Counted from the stretch's first letter, positions 41,745-50,917 are shown. The stretch: 64,000 nt of DNA from Pseudomonas aeruginosa PAO1 (GCF_000006765.1 NC_002516.2), one strand, 5' to 3'. Notes: generated by a model not told the origin, from the sequence alone. Made by a program: numbers and translations.

Positions 41745-44013
41745 GCAGGGCGGCGAGGCGCTGTACCAGGTGGCGGTGCGCGCGCTTTGCGAGTTCAGCG
41801 CCAAGCGCGGCGACCTCGACCTGCGCTTCACCCCGTCGCCCAGCGCCCTGGAAGGCATCGCCGGACATACCCTGGTGACCTCCCGGCGCCCCGCTCACTA
41901 CCAGCGCGAAGTGGCGCTGGACGGACGCTATCGTCACTTGCAGGTGCGCGGCCGGGCGGATGGCTACGATCCGCAGGCGAACTGCCTGGAGGAAATCAAG
42001 ACCCACCGCGGCGACCTCGCCCTGCAACCGGCCAACCACCGGCACCTGCACTGGGCCCAGGCCAGGGTCTACGGCTGGCTGCTCTGCGCCGAACGGAAGC
42101 TGGAGGAAGTCGAACTGGCGCTGGTCTACCTGGAGGTCGGCAGCCAGAAGGAGACCCGCTTCGTCGAGCGGGTGCGGGCCGACGAGCTTCGGCTGTTCTT
42201 CGAGAGCCAGTGCCAGGCGTTTCTCGCCTGGGCCGAGCAGGAACTGGCGCACCGCCAGCGGCGCGACCGCGAACTGGCCGCGTTACGCTTTCCCCACGCC
42301 GAATTCCGCCACGGCCAGCGGCAACTGGCGGAGGCGGTGTACAAGGCCGCCTCCGCCGGTTGTTGCCTGATGGCCCAGGCGCCGACCGGGATCGGCAAGA
42401 CCATCGGCACGCTGTTCCCGCAACTCAAGGCGATGCCCGGGCAGCGCCTGGACCGGCTGTTCTTCCTGGCCGCCAAGACCCCGGGCCGGGCCCTCGCGCT
42501 GCATGCCCTGCGTAGCCTGGAAGGGGAGACCGGCGGACTGCCGGTGCGGGTGCTGGAACTGGTGGCGCGGGACAAGGCCTGCGAGCACCCGGACAAGGCC
42601 TGCCACGGCGAGTCCTGTCCCCTGGCCCAGGGCTTCTACGAACGCCTGCCGGCGGCCCGCGCCGCCGCCGTGGAGGCGCGCTGGCTGGACCAGGCGCGGT
42701 TGCGCGAGGTGGCGCTGGCGCACCGGGTCTGTCCCTACTACCTGGGCCAGGAACTGGCGCGCTGGTGCGACCTGGCGGTGGGCGACTACAACTACTACTT
42801 CGATCTCGGCGCCATGCTCCATGGCCTGGCCCAGGTCAACCAGTGGCGGGTGGCGGTACTGGTGGACGAGGCGCACAACCTGGTGGAGCGCGGCCGGCGG
42901 ATGTATTCCGCCGAACTCGACCAGGGCGATTTCCTCGGTGTGCGCAAAACCGCCCCGGAGGCCCTGAGGAAACCGCTGGAGCGCATCCAGCGTGCCTGGA
43001 ACGAACTGGGCAAGACCCAGGCGGACGACTACCAGGCCTACGACGAGCCTCCGCAGAAGCTGCTCCTGGCCTTGCAGAACGCGGTGGCGGCGATCAACGA
43101 CCTGCTCGCCGAGCAACCGCAGGCGCTGGAGCCGGCGTTGCAGGAGTTCTACTTCGCGATCCTGCAGTTCGGCCGTCTCGCCGAGCTGTTCGGCGAGCAT
43201 TCGCTGTTCGACATCGAGAAGCGCCCAGGCCGCAACGGCCGCAGCCTGGCCCGGCTGTGCCTGCGCAACGTGGTGCCGGCGGCGTTTCTCGCCGAGCGCT
43301 TCGCCGCCAGCCGCTCCACCGTGCTGTTCTCCGCTACCCTCGGGCCGCGCGACTATTACGCCGACCTGCTCGGCCTGCCGGCGGGCACGCCCTGGCTGGA
43401 AGTGGACTCGCCATTCAGCGCCGAGCAACTGGAGGTGCACATACAGCGTCGGGTTTCCACGCGCTATGCGCAGCGCCAGGCATCCCTGGCGCCCATCGCA
43501 GCGATTCTCGGCGAGCAGTTTCGCCAGCGGCCGGGCAACTACCTGGCCTTCTTCAGCAGCTTCGATTACTTGCAGCAGGCGCTGGACGTCTTCCGCCAAG
43601 CATACCCGTGGGTGCCGTGCTGGAGCCAGACGCCACGGATGGACGAGGCGGAGCGCCGGGTCTTCCTCGAGCGCTTCGTCGCGGGCGGCGAGGGCATCGG
43701 CTTCGCCGTGCTCGGCGGTGCCTTCGGCGAAGGCATCGACCTGCCTGGCGAGCGCCTGATCGGCGCCTTCATCGCCACCCTCGGGTTGCCCCAGGTGAAT
43801 CCGGTGAACGAGCAGATCCGCCTGCGCATGCAGCGCCTGTTCGGTGACGGCTACGACTACACCTACCTGTATCCGGGACTGCAGAAGGTGGTCCAGGCCG
43901 CCGGGAGGGTGATCCGCAGCCGCAGCGATCGCGGCGTGGTGCACCTGATCGACGACCGTTTCGCCCAGGCCAAGGTGCGCCGGTTGCTACCGGGCTGGTG
44001 GCAACTGCGTTGA
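41737..44013 (+). CDS. XPD/DinG-family Fe-S helicase with an N-terminal PD-(D/E)xK nuclease-like domain
   Basis: FRHGQ Q-motif, APTGIGKT, four Cys (DKACEHPDKACHGESC...VCPYY), VDEAHN, FSATL, GEGIDL, QAAGRVIR; N-terminal GRADG/EEIKT/AQARVY; overlaps the nuclease stop. Confidence 0.9.
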   Translation: MTEQGGEALYQVAVRALCEFSAKRGDLDLRFTPSPSALEGIAGHTLVTSRRPAHYQREVALDGRYRHLQVRGRADGYDPQANCLEEIKTHRGDLALQPANHRHLHWAQARVYGWLLCAERKLEEVELALVYLEVGSQKETRFVERVRADELRLFFESQCQAFLAWAEQELAHRQRRDRELAALRFPHAEFRHGQRQLAEAVYKAASAGCCLMAQAPTGIGKTIGTLFPQLKAMPGQRLDRLFFLAAKTPGRALALHALRSLEGETGGLPVRVLELVARDKACEHPDKACHGESCPLAQGFYERLPAARAAAVEARWLDQARLREVALAHRVCPYYLGQELARWCDLAVGDYNYYFDLGAMLHGLAQVNQWRVAVLVDEAHNLVERGRRMYSAELDQGDFLGVRKTAPEALRKPLERIQRAWNELGKTQADDYQAYDEPPQKLLLALQNAVAAINDLLAEQPQALEPALQEFYFAILQFGRLAELFGEHSLFDIEKRPGRNGRSLARLCLRNVVPAAFLAERFAASRSTVLFSATLGPRDYYADLLGLPAGTPWLEVDSPFSAEQLEVHIQRRVSTRYAQRQASLAPIAAILGEQFRQRPGNYLAFFSSFDYLQQALDVFRQAYPWVPCWSQTPRMDEAERRVFLERFVAGGEGIGFAVLGGAFGEGIDLPGERLIGAFIATLGLPQVNPVNEQIRLRMQRLFGDGYDYTYLYPGLQKVVQAAGRVIRSRSDRGVVHLIDDRFAQAKVRRLLPGWWQLR

Positions 44014-44102
44014 CCGGTGGCGATACGCCGGCAGGTGCTGCCGGACAGCCGGGCAGCCATGTATAATCGCGTCCCCACGATTTCCCCCGATCCGGATACG
44101 CC

Positions 44103-44312
44103 ATGGCTTCCGCTCCCGACGCTCTTCCCCAGGCCCTTTCCTCCGACGACGCTCCGGCCCAGGCCGCGCCGAGCGACGCCAGCGCGTTGCTGAAGGCCGC
44201 CCTGGCGAAGAAGAACCAGGCCCAGCTCTATCCGCAGCGGAAGATCCACGACAAGGGCCAGCGTCCCGGCATGGCGCCGCGCGGTACCCGTCGTTCGATG
44301 GGCAAGCGCTGA
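44103..44312 (+). CDS. 69-aa small protein with basic C-terminal half
   Basis: Perfect TATAAT at 44062-44067 upstream, GC3-rich codons, fills an otherwise empty gap. Confidence 0.6.
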   Translation: MASAPDALPQALSSDDAPAQAAPSDASALLKAALAKKNQAQLYPQRKIHDKGQRPGMAPRGTRRSMGKR

Positions 44313-44453
44313 GGCCTTTCCCGCGCCTGGCGTTTTGTGGGCCAGTTCCCGCCACGAAGGATCAAAGCGGGCAGCCTTAACAGTTTTGCCCTTTCGCGGC
44401 CGTAGGCCGCAGCCCCATCCCTTATGCTCGCCGCCCCTGGGCGAGCCGCGTCG

Positions 44454-44981
44454 ATGCAGCGCGCCCGTTTGCCGGAATCCGCCTGCTGCATGTCGCGTCA
44501 CCTTCCATCGTCTTTCGTTTCCCTGCGCAGCCTGGCCGGGCATGCGCCCGCTGTGCTTTGCGTGCTGCTGCTGGCGTTGCTCAGCGCCAGCCTGGCCAGC
44601 CAGACGCGCTCGCTGCGCCGCGAGCTGGCGGAATTGCCCGCCGCAGCGGCCCCGGCGCCGCCAGCCAACCCTTCAGCGGCCCCGCGCGCGGCGTTAGCCG
44701 GCTTGTTCGGTGGCGCTCCGTCGCCGCGCGGCGCGACGGCGGGCGAGCGTCTGCAATTGCGCCTGCTGGCCTGCTTCCTGGCGCGTCGCGAGGACCGCTC
44801 GGCGGCGCTGATCGCGGTGGCCGGGCGCTCGCAGCGCTTCCTGCCGGGCGCCGAAGTGCGCCCCGGCACCGTGCTGCTGGCGGTTCATCGCGACCATGTG
44901 GTGCTGCGCGACCAGGGTTATGAAGAACGTCTGTATTTCCCCAAAGCCGAAGGGGCAGAAACCACCCATGCCACGTTGTAG
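44454..44981 (+). CDS. xphA: Orphan GspC-like T2SS protein XphA
   Basis: TM anchor, then LxLLACF...SAALIAVAGRSQRFLPGAEVRPGTVLLAVHRDHVVLRDQGYEERLYFP HR domain; start uncertain (44424/44454/44490). Confidence 0.85.
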   Translation: MQRARLPESACCMSRHLPSSFVSLRSLAGHAPAVLCVLLLALLSASLASQTRSLRRELAELPAAAAPAPPANPSAAPRAALAGLFGGAPSPRGATAGERLQLRLLACFLARREDRSAALIAVAGRSQRFLPGAEVRPGTVLLAVHRDHVVLRDQGYEERLYFPKAEGAETTHATL

Positions 44982-47298
44982 TACCCGTTCCGCCCAGCGC
45001 CTGTCTCCGCTGTTCCTGGTCCTGTCGCTGGCCGTCCTCGGCCTGGCGCCGCCGGTCCATCCGGCACCTGCCGAGACTGCCGCCGCGCAAGAGGAAGAGC
45101 AGTGGACGATCAACATGAAGGATGCCGAGATCGGCGACTTCATCGAGCAGGTATCGAGCATCAGCGGCCAGACCTTCGTCGTCGATCCGCGGGTGAAGGG
45201 GCGGGTCACGGTGGTATCCCAGGCGCGGCTCAGCCTGGCGGAGGTCTACCAACTATTTCTTTCGGTGCTCGCCACCCACGGCTACGCGGTGCTGCCGCAG
45301 GGCGACCAGGCGCGTATCGTGCCGAACATGGAGGCACGCCAGGACGCCGCGCAGAAGACCGTCCGCGATGGGCCGGGCAGCCTGGAGACGCGGGTGGTCC
45401 AGGCGCAGCAGACCTCGGTGGCGGAACTGATCCCGATGATCCGGCCGCTGGTCCCGGCCCATGGCCATCTGGCCGCCGTACCGTCGGCCAACGCGCTGAT
45501 CGTCAGCGACCGCCGCTCCAACATCGAGCGCATCGAGGCGATCGTGCGCAGCCTCGACCGGGCCGGCGAACATGACTACAGCATCTACGACATGCGCCAT
45601 GCCTGGGTCGCGGAAATCGCCGAGGTGCTCGATCGCAGCGTCACCCCGGCCGCCGGGAAGAGCGCCGCCACCGTCCAGGTCCTTGCCGACAGCCGCAGCA
45701 ACCGCCTGGTCCTGCTCGGTCCGCCGCAGGCGCGAGCGCGCTTGCTGCGGCTGGCGCAGTCGCTCGACGTCCCCTCGTCGCGGTCGGCGAACAGCCGGGT
45801 GATCCGCCTGCGCCATGGCGACGCCAAGACCCTTGCCGCCACCCTCGGGGAGATCGGCGAATCGCTGCACGGCGAGCGGGGCCAGGATGGCCGGGGAAGC
45901 GGCAAGCGCGGCCTGCTGGTGCGCGCCGACGAATCGCTGAATGCCCTGGTGATCCTCGCCGACCCGGAGGATGTCGGCCTGCTCGAGGACATCGTCCGCC
46001 AGCTCGACGTGCCGCGCGCGCAACTGCTGGTGGAGGCGGCGATCGTCGAGCTGTCCGGCGAGATCGGCGACGCCCTCGGGGTGCAATGGGCGCTGCGTAG
46101 CGGGCATGTCGCCGGCGGCGCTGGCTTCGCCGACAGCGGGTTGTCCATCGGCACCCTGCTGGGCGCGCTGCAGGCCGGCAAGCCGCCGGCAGAGCTGCCC
46201 GACGGTGCGATAGTCGGCCTCGGCAGTCGCGATTTCGGCGCGCTGGTCACCGCGCTGAGCCGCAATAGCCGCAGCAACCTGCTGTCGACGCCGAGCCTGC
46301 TGACCCTGGACAACCAGAAGGCGGAAATCCTGGTCGGCCAGAACGTGCCGTTCCAGACCGGCAGCTACACCACCAGCGCCAGCGGTTCGAGCAATCCGTT
46401 CACCACTGTCGAGCGCAAGGATATCGGGGTGACCCTCAAGGTCACGCCGCACATCGGCGAGGACCGCATGCTGCGCCTGGAGATCGAGCAGGAAATATCC
46501 TCCATCGCGCCAACCGCCACCCTGGCGGCGAAGGCGGTGGACCTGGTGACCAACAAGCGCTCGATCAAGAGCACCGTACTGGCTGACGACGGCCAGGTCA
46601 TCGTCCTCGGTGGATTGATCCAGGACGACCTGCAGCGCAGCGATTCGCGGGTACCGCTGCTGGGCGACATCCCCGGCGTCGGCCGGCTGTTCCGCTCGTC
46701 CCGCGAGACCCGGGTGAAGCGCAACCTGATGGTCTTCCTGCGACCGAGCATCGTCCGCGATGCCGCCGGCCTGGAGCGCATCAGCCATGGCCGTTACCGT
46801 TCCATCCAGTTGCTGCGCGGTGCCGCCGGCGAACCGGCGCGCCCGCTGTTCGAGGATGCCGGCGCCATCGACCTGCGTCCCGCCGCCCAGGTCGCACCGG
46901 CACCTATTGGCTCGCCGCGCAGCTATCCGGCTCCAGCCCCGGTGCTGATGGAGAAGCCGCGCCTGGCGGACCCGGCGTCCCTGGGCGACGGTCGCGGCGG
47001 CGAGGTGCTGGAGGTTCGCCAGGGCACGCACGCGCCGCAGCCGCCGTCACCCCAGCGCTACGCCGTGCGATTGGTCGAGGGCAGCAGCGAAGCCTTCATG
47101 CGCGCGCTGATCGAGCGGCATCCGGGCCTGTCGTTGCGTTTGCGCCGCGAACTGCGCGATGGCCAGGAGCTGTTCGCGGTGGAGCGGGGCGACTACCTCG
47201 ACCCGGAGCAGGCACGCCGGGCCCTGGCGGAACTGCCCGAAAGCCTGCCGCGAGGGAAGGCGCGGGTGATTGCGCATACGCCGGGAAGCGCCCTGTGA
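44968..47298 (+). CDS. xqhA: Orphan T2SS secretin XqhA (GspD family) with C-terminal extension
   Basis: [11 protein letters not shown]0, [70 protein letters not shown]; 776 aa. Confidence 0.95.
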   Translation: MPRCSTRSAQRLSPLFLVLSLAVLGLAPPVHPAPAETAAAQEEEQWTINMKDAEIGDFIEQVSSISGQTFVVDPRVKGRVTVVSQARLSLAEVYQLFLSVLATHGYAVLPQGDQARIVPNMEARQDAAQKTVRDGPGSLETRVVQAQQTSVAELIPMIRPLVPAHGHLAAVPSANALIVSDRRSNIERIEAIVRSLDRAGEHDYSIYDMRHAWVAEIAEVLDRSVTPAAGKSAATVQVLADSRSNRLVLLGPPQARARLLRLAQSLDVPSSRSANSRVIRLRHGDAKTLAATLGEIGESLHGERGQDGRGSGKRGLLVRADESLNALVILADPEDVGLLEDIVRQLDVPRAQLLVEAAIVELSGEIGDALGVQWALRSGHVAGGAGFADSGLSIGTLLGALQAGKPPAELPDGAIVGLGSRDFGALVTALSRNSRSNLLSTPSLLTLDNQKAEILVGQNVPFQTGSYTTSASGSSNPFTTVERKDIGVTLKVTPHIGEDRMLRLEIEQEISSIAPTATLAAKAVDLVTNKRSIKSTVLADDGQVIVLGGLIQDDLQRSDSRVPLLGDIPGVGRLFRSSRETRVKRNLMVFLRPSIVRDAAGLERISHGRYRSIQLLRGAAGEPARPLFEDAGAIDLRPAAQVAPAPIGSPRSYPAPAPVLMEKPRLADPASLGDGRGGEVLEVRQGTHAPQPPSPQRYAVRLVEGSSEAFMRALIERHPGLSLRLRRELRDGQELFAVERGDYLDPEQARRALAELPESLPRGKARVIAHTPGSAL

Positions 47299-47376
47299 CG
47301 GACTTCGAATCCTCGCGTCGCGCTCCGTCCACCGGATTGTCCGGCGCGCTGCGGCGGCCGCGCTCCAGCGCAGCGC

Positions 47377-47396
47377 CACTGCCAGATCTGGCAGTT
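47377..47396. promoter_or_regulatory. las/rhl box of acp1
   Basis: CACTGCCAGATCTGGCAGTT (NNCT-N12-AGNN, 18-bp perfect palindrome); TTTAGT -10-like hexamer at 47418-47423. Confidence 0.88.
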
Positions 47397-47465
47397 GTCG
47401 CTGGCGGGGACGGAGGCTTTAGTAGCCGCACTTTTTTCCAGGGCCGGGCAGTGGGACCGCAATGC

Positions 47466-47705
47466 ATGGACGACATCGAGACCAGAGTGAGGAAACTGGT
47501 AGCCGCCCGGTTCGGCGTGGAGGAATGCGACATCCGGCTGGACAGCGACTTCCGTAACGACTTCGGTGCCGAGTCGCTCGAGGTAGTCGAACTGGTCATG
47601 GCCCTGGAAGCGGAGTTCGGCGTCGAGATCGCCGATGACGATGCGGAACGGATCGAGACCGTGCGCCAGGCCATCGACTATCTCGAGGAAGCCGTGCCGA
47701 CCTGA
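47466..47705 (+). CDS. acp1: Acyl carrier protein paralog
   Basis: 79 aa, acidic; [39 protein letters not shown]. Confidence 0.92.
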   Translation: MDDIETRVRKLVAARFGVEECDIRLDSDFRNDFGAESLEVVELVMALEAEFGVEIADDDAERIETVRQAIDYLEEAVPT

Positions 47706-47813
47706 CTCCCCCTGGACCACCGGCCGATGCCGTGGTCATTCCCTGCGAAACGCTGTGCGCCACCTCCCGCCCGTGCCGGCGGCAAGGTGCGCGACGTCCC
47801 GCGCTTCGATTAC

Positions 47814-47856
47814 GCCGGATCGTCCAGCCCGCCCCGGGCCGATCCGGCTTTTTTTT
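47814..47856 (+). terminator. Intrinsic terminator about 110 nt downstream of acp1
   Basis: GCCGGATCG...CGATCCGGC stem followed by 8 T. Confidence 0.8.
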
Positions 47857-47987
47857 GCCCGCCGCCGCGATTGCGAGGCGGCCGCCGTCGGTTGGATTTC
47901 CTGAATCTTCCCGCGCCTCGCCGGTCGACCGAACAAGGGCAGCGTGCCATTCCCGGCGCGTGCCCGCCATTCGTAACGGAGGTCGTC

Positions 47988-48413
47988 ATGGCTACACGAC
48001 GGAAAACAACACCCCAGGAAATCGATGATATCCAGGACCGCATGGGTTCGATGCGCGAGCTCGATTTCGACGAGCGCCGCCAGGCGCGTAAGGCGCGGAT
48101 CGGCGACGAGCGGCCCGAGGCCGAGGTGGAGGCCGAATTTTCCTCGCGGCGGGTACGCGAGGCGGGCCACGCTGGCGGGCAGCCGGACGAGGACGATGGT
48201 TACCAGGATAACGTCGGCATGGACGATCTGGCGCCGGAAACCCTGATCGACGAAAGCGGCGCCCGCTCGCCGGCCGAGCGCGGCGGCGAATCGCCCGCGG
48301 ACAAGCGCCTGAGGGTCGTGCATGGCAACGAGATCGGAGCCGGCCACGGCCTCGACGAGGCCGAGCTGGCGCGTCGTGATCCGCTCGACGGTTCCTCCGA
48401 CGAGGAACGCTGA
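47988..48413 (+). CDS. Acidic, probably disordered hypothetical protein (141 aa)
   Basis: ACGGAGG RBS; D/E/R/G-rich MATRRKTTPQEIDD...GAGHGLDEAELARRDP. Confidence 0.75.
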   Translation: MATRRKTTPQEIDDIQDRMGSMRELDFDERRQARKARIGDERPEAEVEAEFSSRRVREAGHAGGQPDEDDGYQDNVGMDDLAPETLIDESGARSPAERGGESPADKRLRVVHGNEIGAGHGLDEAELARRDPLDGSSDEER

Positions 48414-48525
48414 GCGCGCAGACTGTATCGAAGTATTTCCGACGCCTGGCGTTCTGTGATCGATTCGGCTCGGTTGGAGTGCGCTGCCGCACGCTTTACA
48501 GCCGGACGGAGCGGGGCACCGGATC

Positions 48526-48545
48526 TACTGCAAAAGCTGATAGTT
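48526..48545. promoter_or_regulatory. las/rhl box of lasA
   Basis: TACTGCAAAAGCTGATAGTT fits NNCT-N12-AGNN, 150 nt upstream of lasA. Confidence 0.8.
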
Positions 48546-48694
48546 GTCTTCCCGGGTGACGGCGTTGCACGGTCCTGCGGCGTGCAACCCGGCCTGGGCG
48601 AAATACCGGCGGAGCGGACCAGGCTATCCCGTCGGAGGCGATGTCGCCGGGCTGCTGGCTTTCAAGGTTTCCCTTCGATGACCAGGAGCTACCC

Positions 48695-49951
48695 ATGCAG
48701 CACAAAAGATCCCGCGCGATGGCGAGTCCGCGCTCGCCGTTCCTCTTCGTCTTGCTGGCGCTCGCCGTGGGCGGTACGGCCAATGCCCATGACGATGGCC
48801 TGCCGGCCTTCCGCTATTCGGCGGAGTTACTCGGCCAGTTGCAACTGCCCAGCGTGGCCCTGCCGCTGAATGACGACCTGTTCCTCTACGGTCGCGACGC
48901 CGAGGCGTTCGACCTCGAGGCCTACCTGGCCTTGAACGCGCCGGCGCTGCGCGACAAGAGCGAATACCTGGAGCACTGGAGCGGCTACTACAGCATCAAC
49001 CCGAAAGTGTTGCTGACCCTGATGGTCATGCAATCCGGGCCGTTGGGGGCGCCGGACGAGCGCGCCTTGGCGGCGCCGCTGGGGCGGCTGTCGGCGAAAC
49101 GCGGCTTCGATGCCCAGGTACGCGACGTGTTGCAGCAGTTGTCGCGGCGCTACTACGGTTTCGAGGAATACCAGTTGCGCCAGGCGGCTGCGCGCAAGGC
49201 CGTCGGCGAGGACGGCCTGAACGCGGCATCGGCCGCGCTGCTCGGTCTGTTGCGAGAGGGGGCGAAGGTCTCCGCCGTGCAAGGCGGCAATCCGCTCGGC
49301 GCCTACGCGCAGACCTTCCAGCGCCTGTTCGGCACCCCGGCCGCCGAACTCCTGCAGCCGAGCAACCGCGTGGCCCGGCAACTCCAGGCGAAGGCCGCGC
49401 TGGCGCCGCCATCCAACCTGATGCAATTGCCCTGGCGCCAGGGCTATTCCTGGCAGCCCAACGGAGCGCATTCGAACACCGGCTCGGGCTATCCGTACTC
49501 GTCCTTCGATGCGTCCTACGACTGGCCGCGCTGGGGCAGTGCGACCTACAGCGTGGTCGCCGCCCACGCCGGTACGGTACGGGTGCTGTCGCGCTGCCAG
49601 GTACGGGTGACCCACCCCAGCGGCTGGGCGACCAACTACTACCATATGGACCAGATCCAGGTGAGCAACGGCCAGCAGGTCAGCGCCGACACCAAGCTCG
49701 GCGTCTATGCCGGCAACATCAACACCGCGCTCTGCGAGGGTGGCAGCTCCACCGGACCGCACCTGCATTTCTCGCTGCTCTACAACGGCGCCTTCGTTTC
49801 CCTGCAGGGCGCCAGCTTCGGTCCGTACCGGATCAACGTCGGCACCAGCAACTACGACAACGACTGTCGCCGCTACTATTTCTACAACCAGAGCGCCGGC
49901 ACCACCCATTGCGCTTTCCGTCCGTTGTACAACCCCGGCCTGGCGCTCTGA
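48695..49951 (+). CDS. lasA: Staphylolytic M23A metalloprotease LasA (prepro form)
   Basis: 418 aa; mature APPSNLMQLPWRQG, Zn ligands GAHSNTG, SSFDAS, HLHFSL; CAGGAG RBS. Confidence 0.97.
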   Translation: MQHKRSRAMASPRSPFLFVLLALAVGGTANAHDDGLPAFRYSAELLGQLQLPSVALPLNDDLFLYGRDAEAFDLEAYLALNAPALRDKSEYLEHWSGYYSINPKVLLTLMVMQSGPLGAPDERALAAPLGRLSAKRGFDAQVRDVLQQLSRRYYGFEEYQLRQAAARKAVGEDGLNAASAALLGLLREGAKVSAVQGGNPLGAYAQTFQRLFGTPAAELLQPSNRVARQLQAKAALAPPSNLMQLPWRQGYSWQPNGAHSNTGSGYPYSSFDASYDWPRWGSATYSVVAAHAGTVRVLSRCQVRVTHPSGWATNYYHMDQIQVSNGQQVSADTKLGVYAGNINTALCEGGSSTGPHLHFSLLYNGAFVSLQGASFGPYRINVGTSNYDNDCRRYYFYNQSAGTTHCAFRPLYNPGLAL

Positions 49952-50065
49952 GTCGGCGCGGGGCCCGGCTCCAGCCGGGCTCCGCCGCGAGCGAAACGGC
50001 GCTGAACAGCTGGCGCGTCGCTGCCGCCGCGCCCGGCGCCAGGCTGACCGCGTGGGCCGGCATGC

Positions 50066-50857
50066 TCAGCCGCGCCGGGGCAGCAGGGCGTAGGCGTCGC
50101 GAACCACATCCTTGCCGTAGTGGCGTTCCAGGCGGCGGACGACGAAGTGACCGCGCGCCATGGCCTGGAAATGGTTCATGAACACCGTGTTGATCGCCGC
50201 GCCGCCGAGGGCACCGACGATGGGCACGATCTGCGCCGCAAGCTTTTCCGAATACTGCACGCCCAGGCGCTCGGCGACCTTGCGCACCAGGGCCAGGAGC
50301 ATCGGCGCGGCCTTCTTGCTGCCGGCGTCCTTGCCGAGGAAGTCGGCGGCCGCCTTGACCTGCTGGGCCAGCGCCGTACGCACCGCGTAGTAGCCGGACT
50401 CCGACGCGTCGTCCGAGGCGGATTTGCCGCCGAGGGCGAAGACTTCGATACAGGCCATCAGGGTGTCCATGTCCCTGATCGACTCGCCCTCGCTGCGCGC
50501 GATGTCGGCGATGGAACGGAAGATGATGCCGGTGGTGACCGGCACCTCGACCAGCATCGCCAGCGGCCCGAAGAAGCCGCCGACGCCACCGGAAACGGCG
50601 GCGCCGAGGGTATGCAGGCGGTTCGCCGGCTGACCGCTGGCGTTTTCCTGGAGGGTGGCGGTGGCCGAGCGGGCGACTTTCAGCAGCGCTCCCTCGATCA
50701 CCGAACCGAGCTTCTCGTTGACCTTCCGTGGCAGCTTCTTCAGGCCGTATTCGATCGGCGTGCCCAGCAGGCTGGTGAGTTGCGCGGTGAGTCCAGGGTT
50801 CTCCAGCAGGTTCTTGGCGGCCTGGAGTTGCTTGAGATCGGCGGGGGAAAGGCTCAT
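50066..50857 (-). CDS. EcsC-family protein
   Basis: AVSGGVGGFFG...VEVPVTTGIIFRSIADIARSEG, CIEVFALGG, AQIVPIVGALGGAAINTVFMNHFQ. Confidence 0.82.
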   Translation of the reverse strand: MSLSPADLKQLQAAKNLLENPGLTAQLTSLLGTPIEYGLKKLPRKVNEKLGSVIEGALLKVARSATATLQENASGQPANRLHTLGAAVSGGVGGFFGPLAMLVEVPVTTGIIFRSIADIARSEGESIRDMDTLMACIEVFALGGKSASDDASESGYYAVRTALAQQVKAAADFLGKDAGSKKAAPMLLALVRKVAERLGVQYSEKLAAQIVPIVGALGGAAINTVFMNHFQAMARGHFVVRRLERHYGKDVVRDAYALLPRRG

Positions 50858-50917
50858 GGAAGGTCCGGCTGACGGTGGTCGGTCAACCTAACCACTGTCC
50901 GCCGGCGTTGTCCACGC

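Noticed and set aside
41737-44013. DinG-like helicase with Cas4-like motifs considered as a type IV CRISPR or anti-phage system
   Set aside because: No array, cas7/cas5/cas6 or defence-island context; host-like GC and an SOS box favour DNA repair. A defence role cannot be formally excluded.
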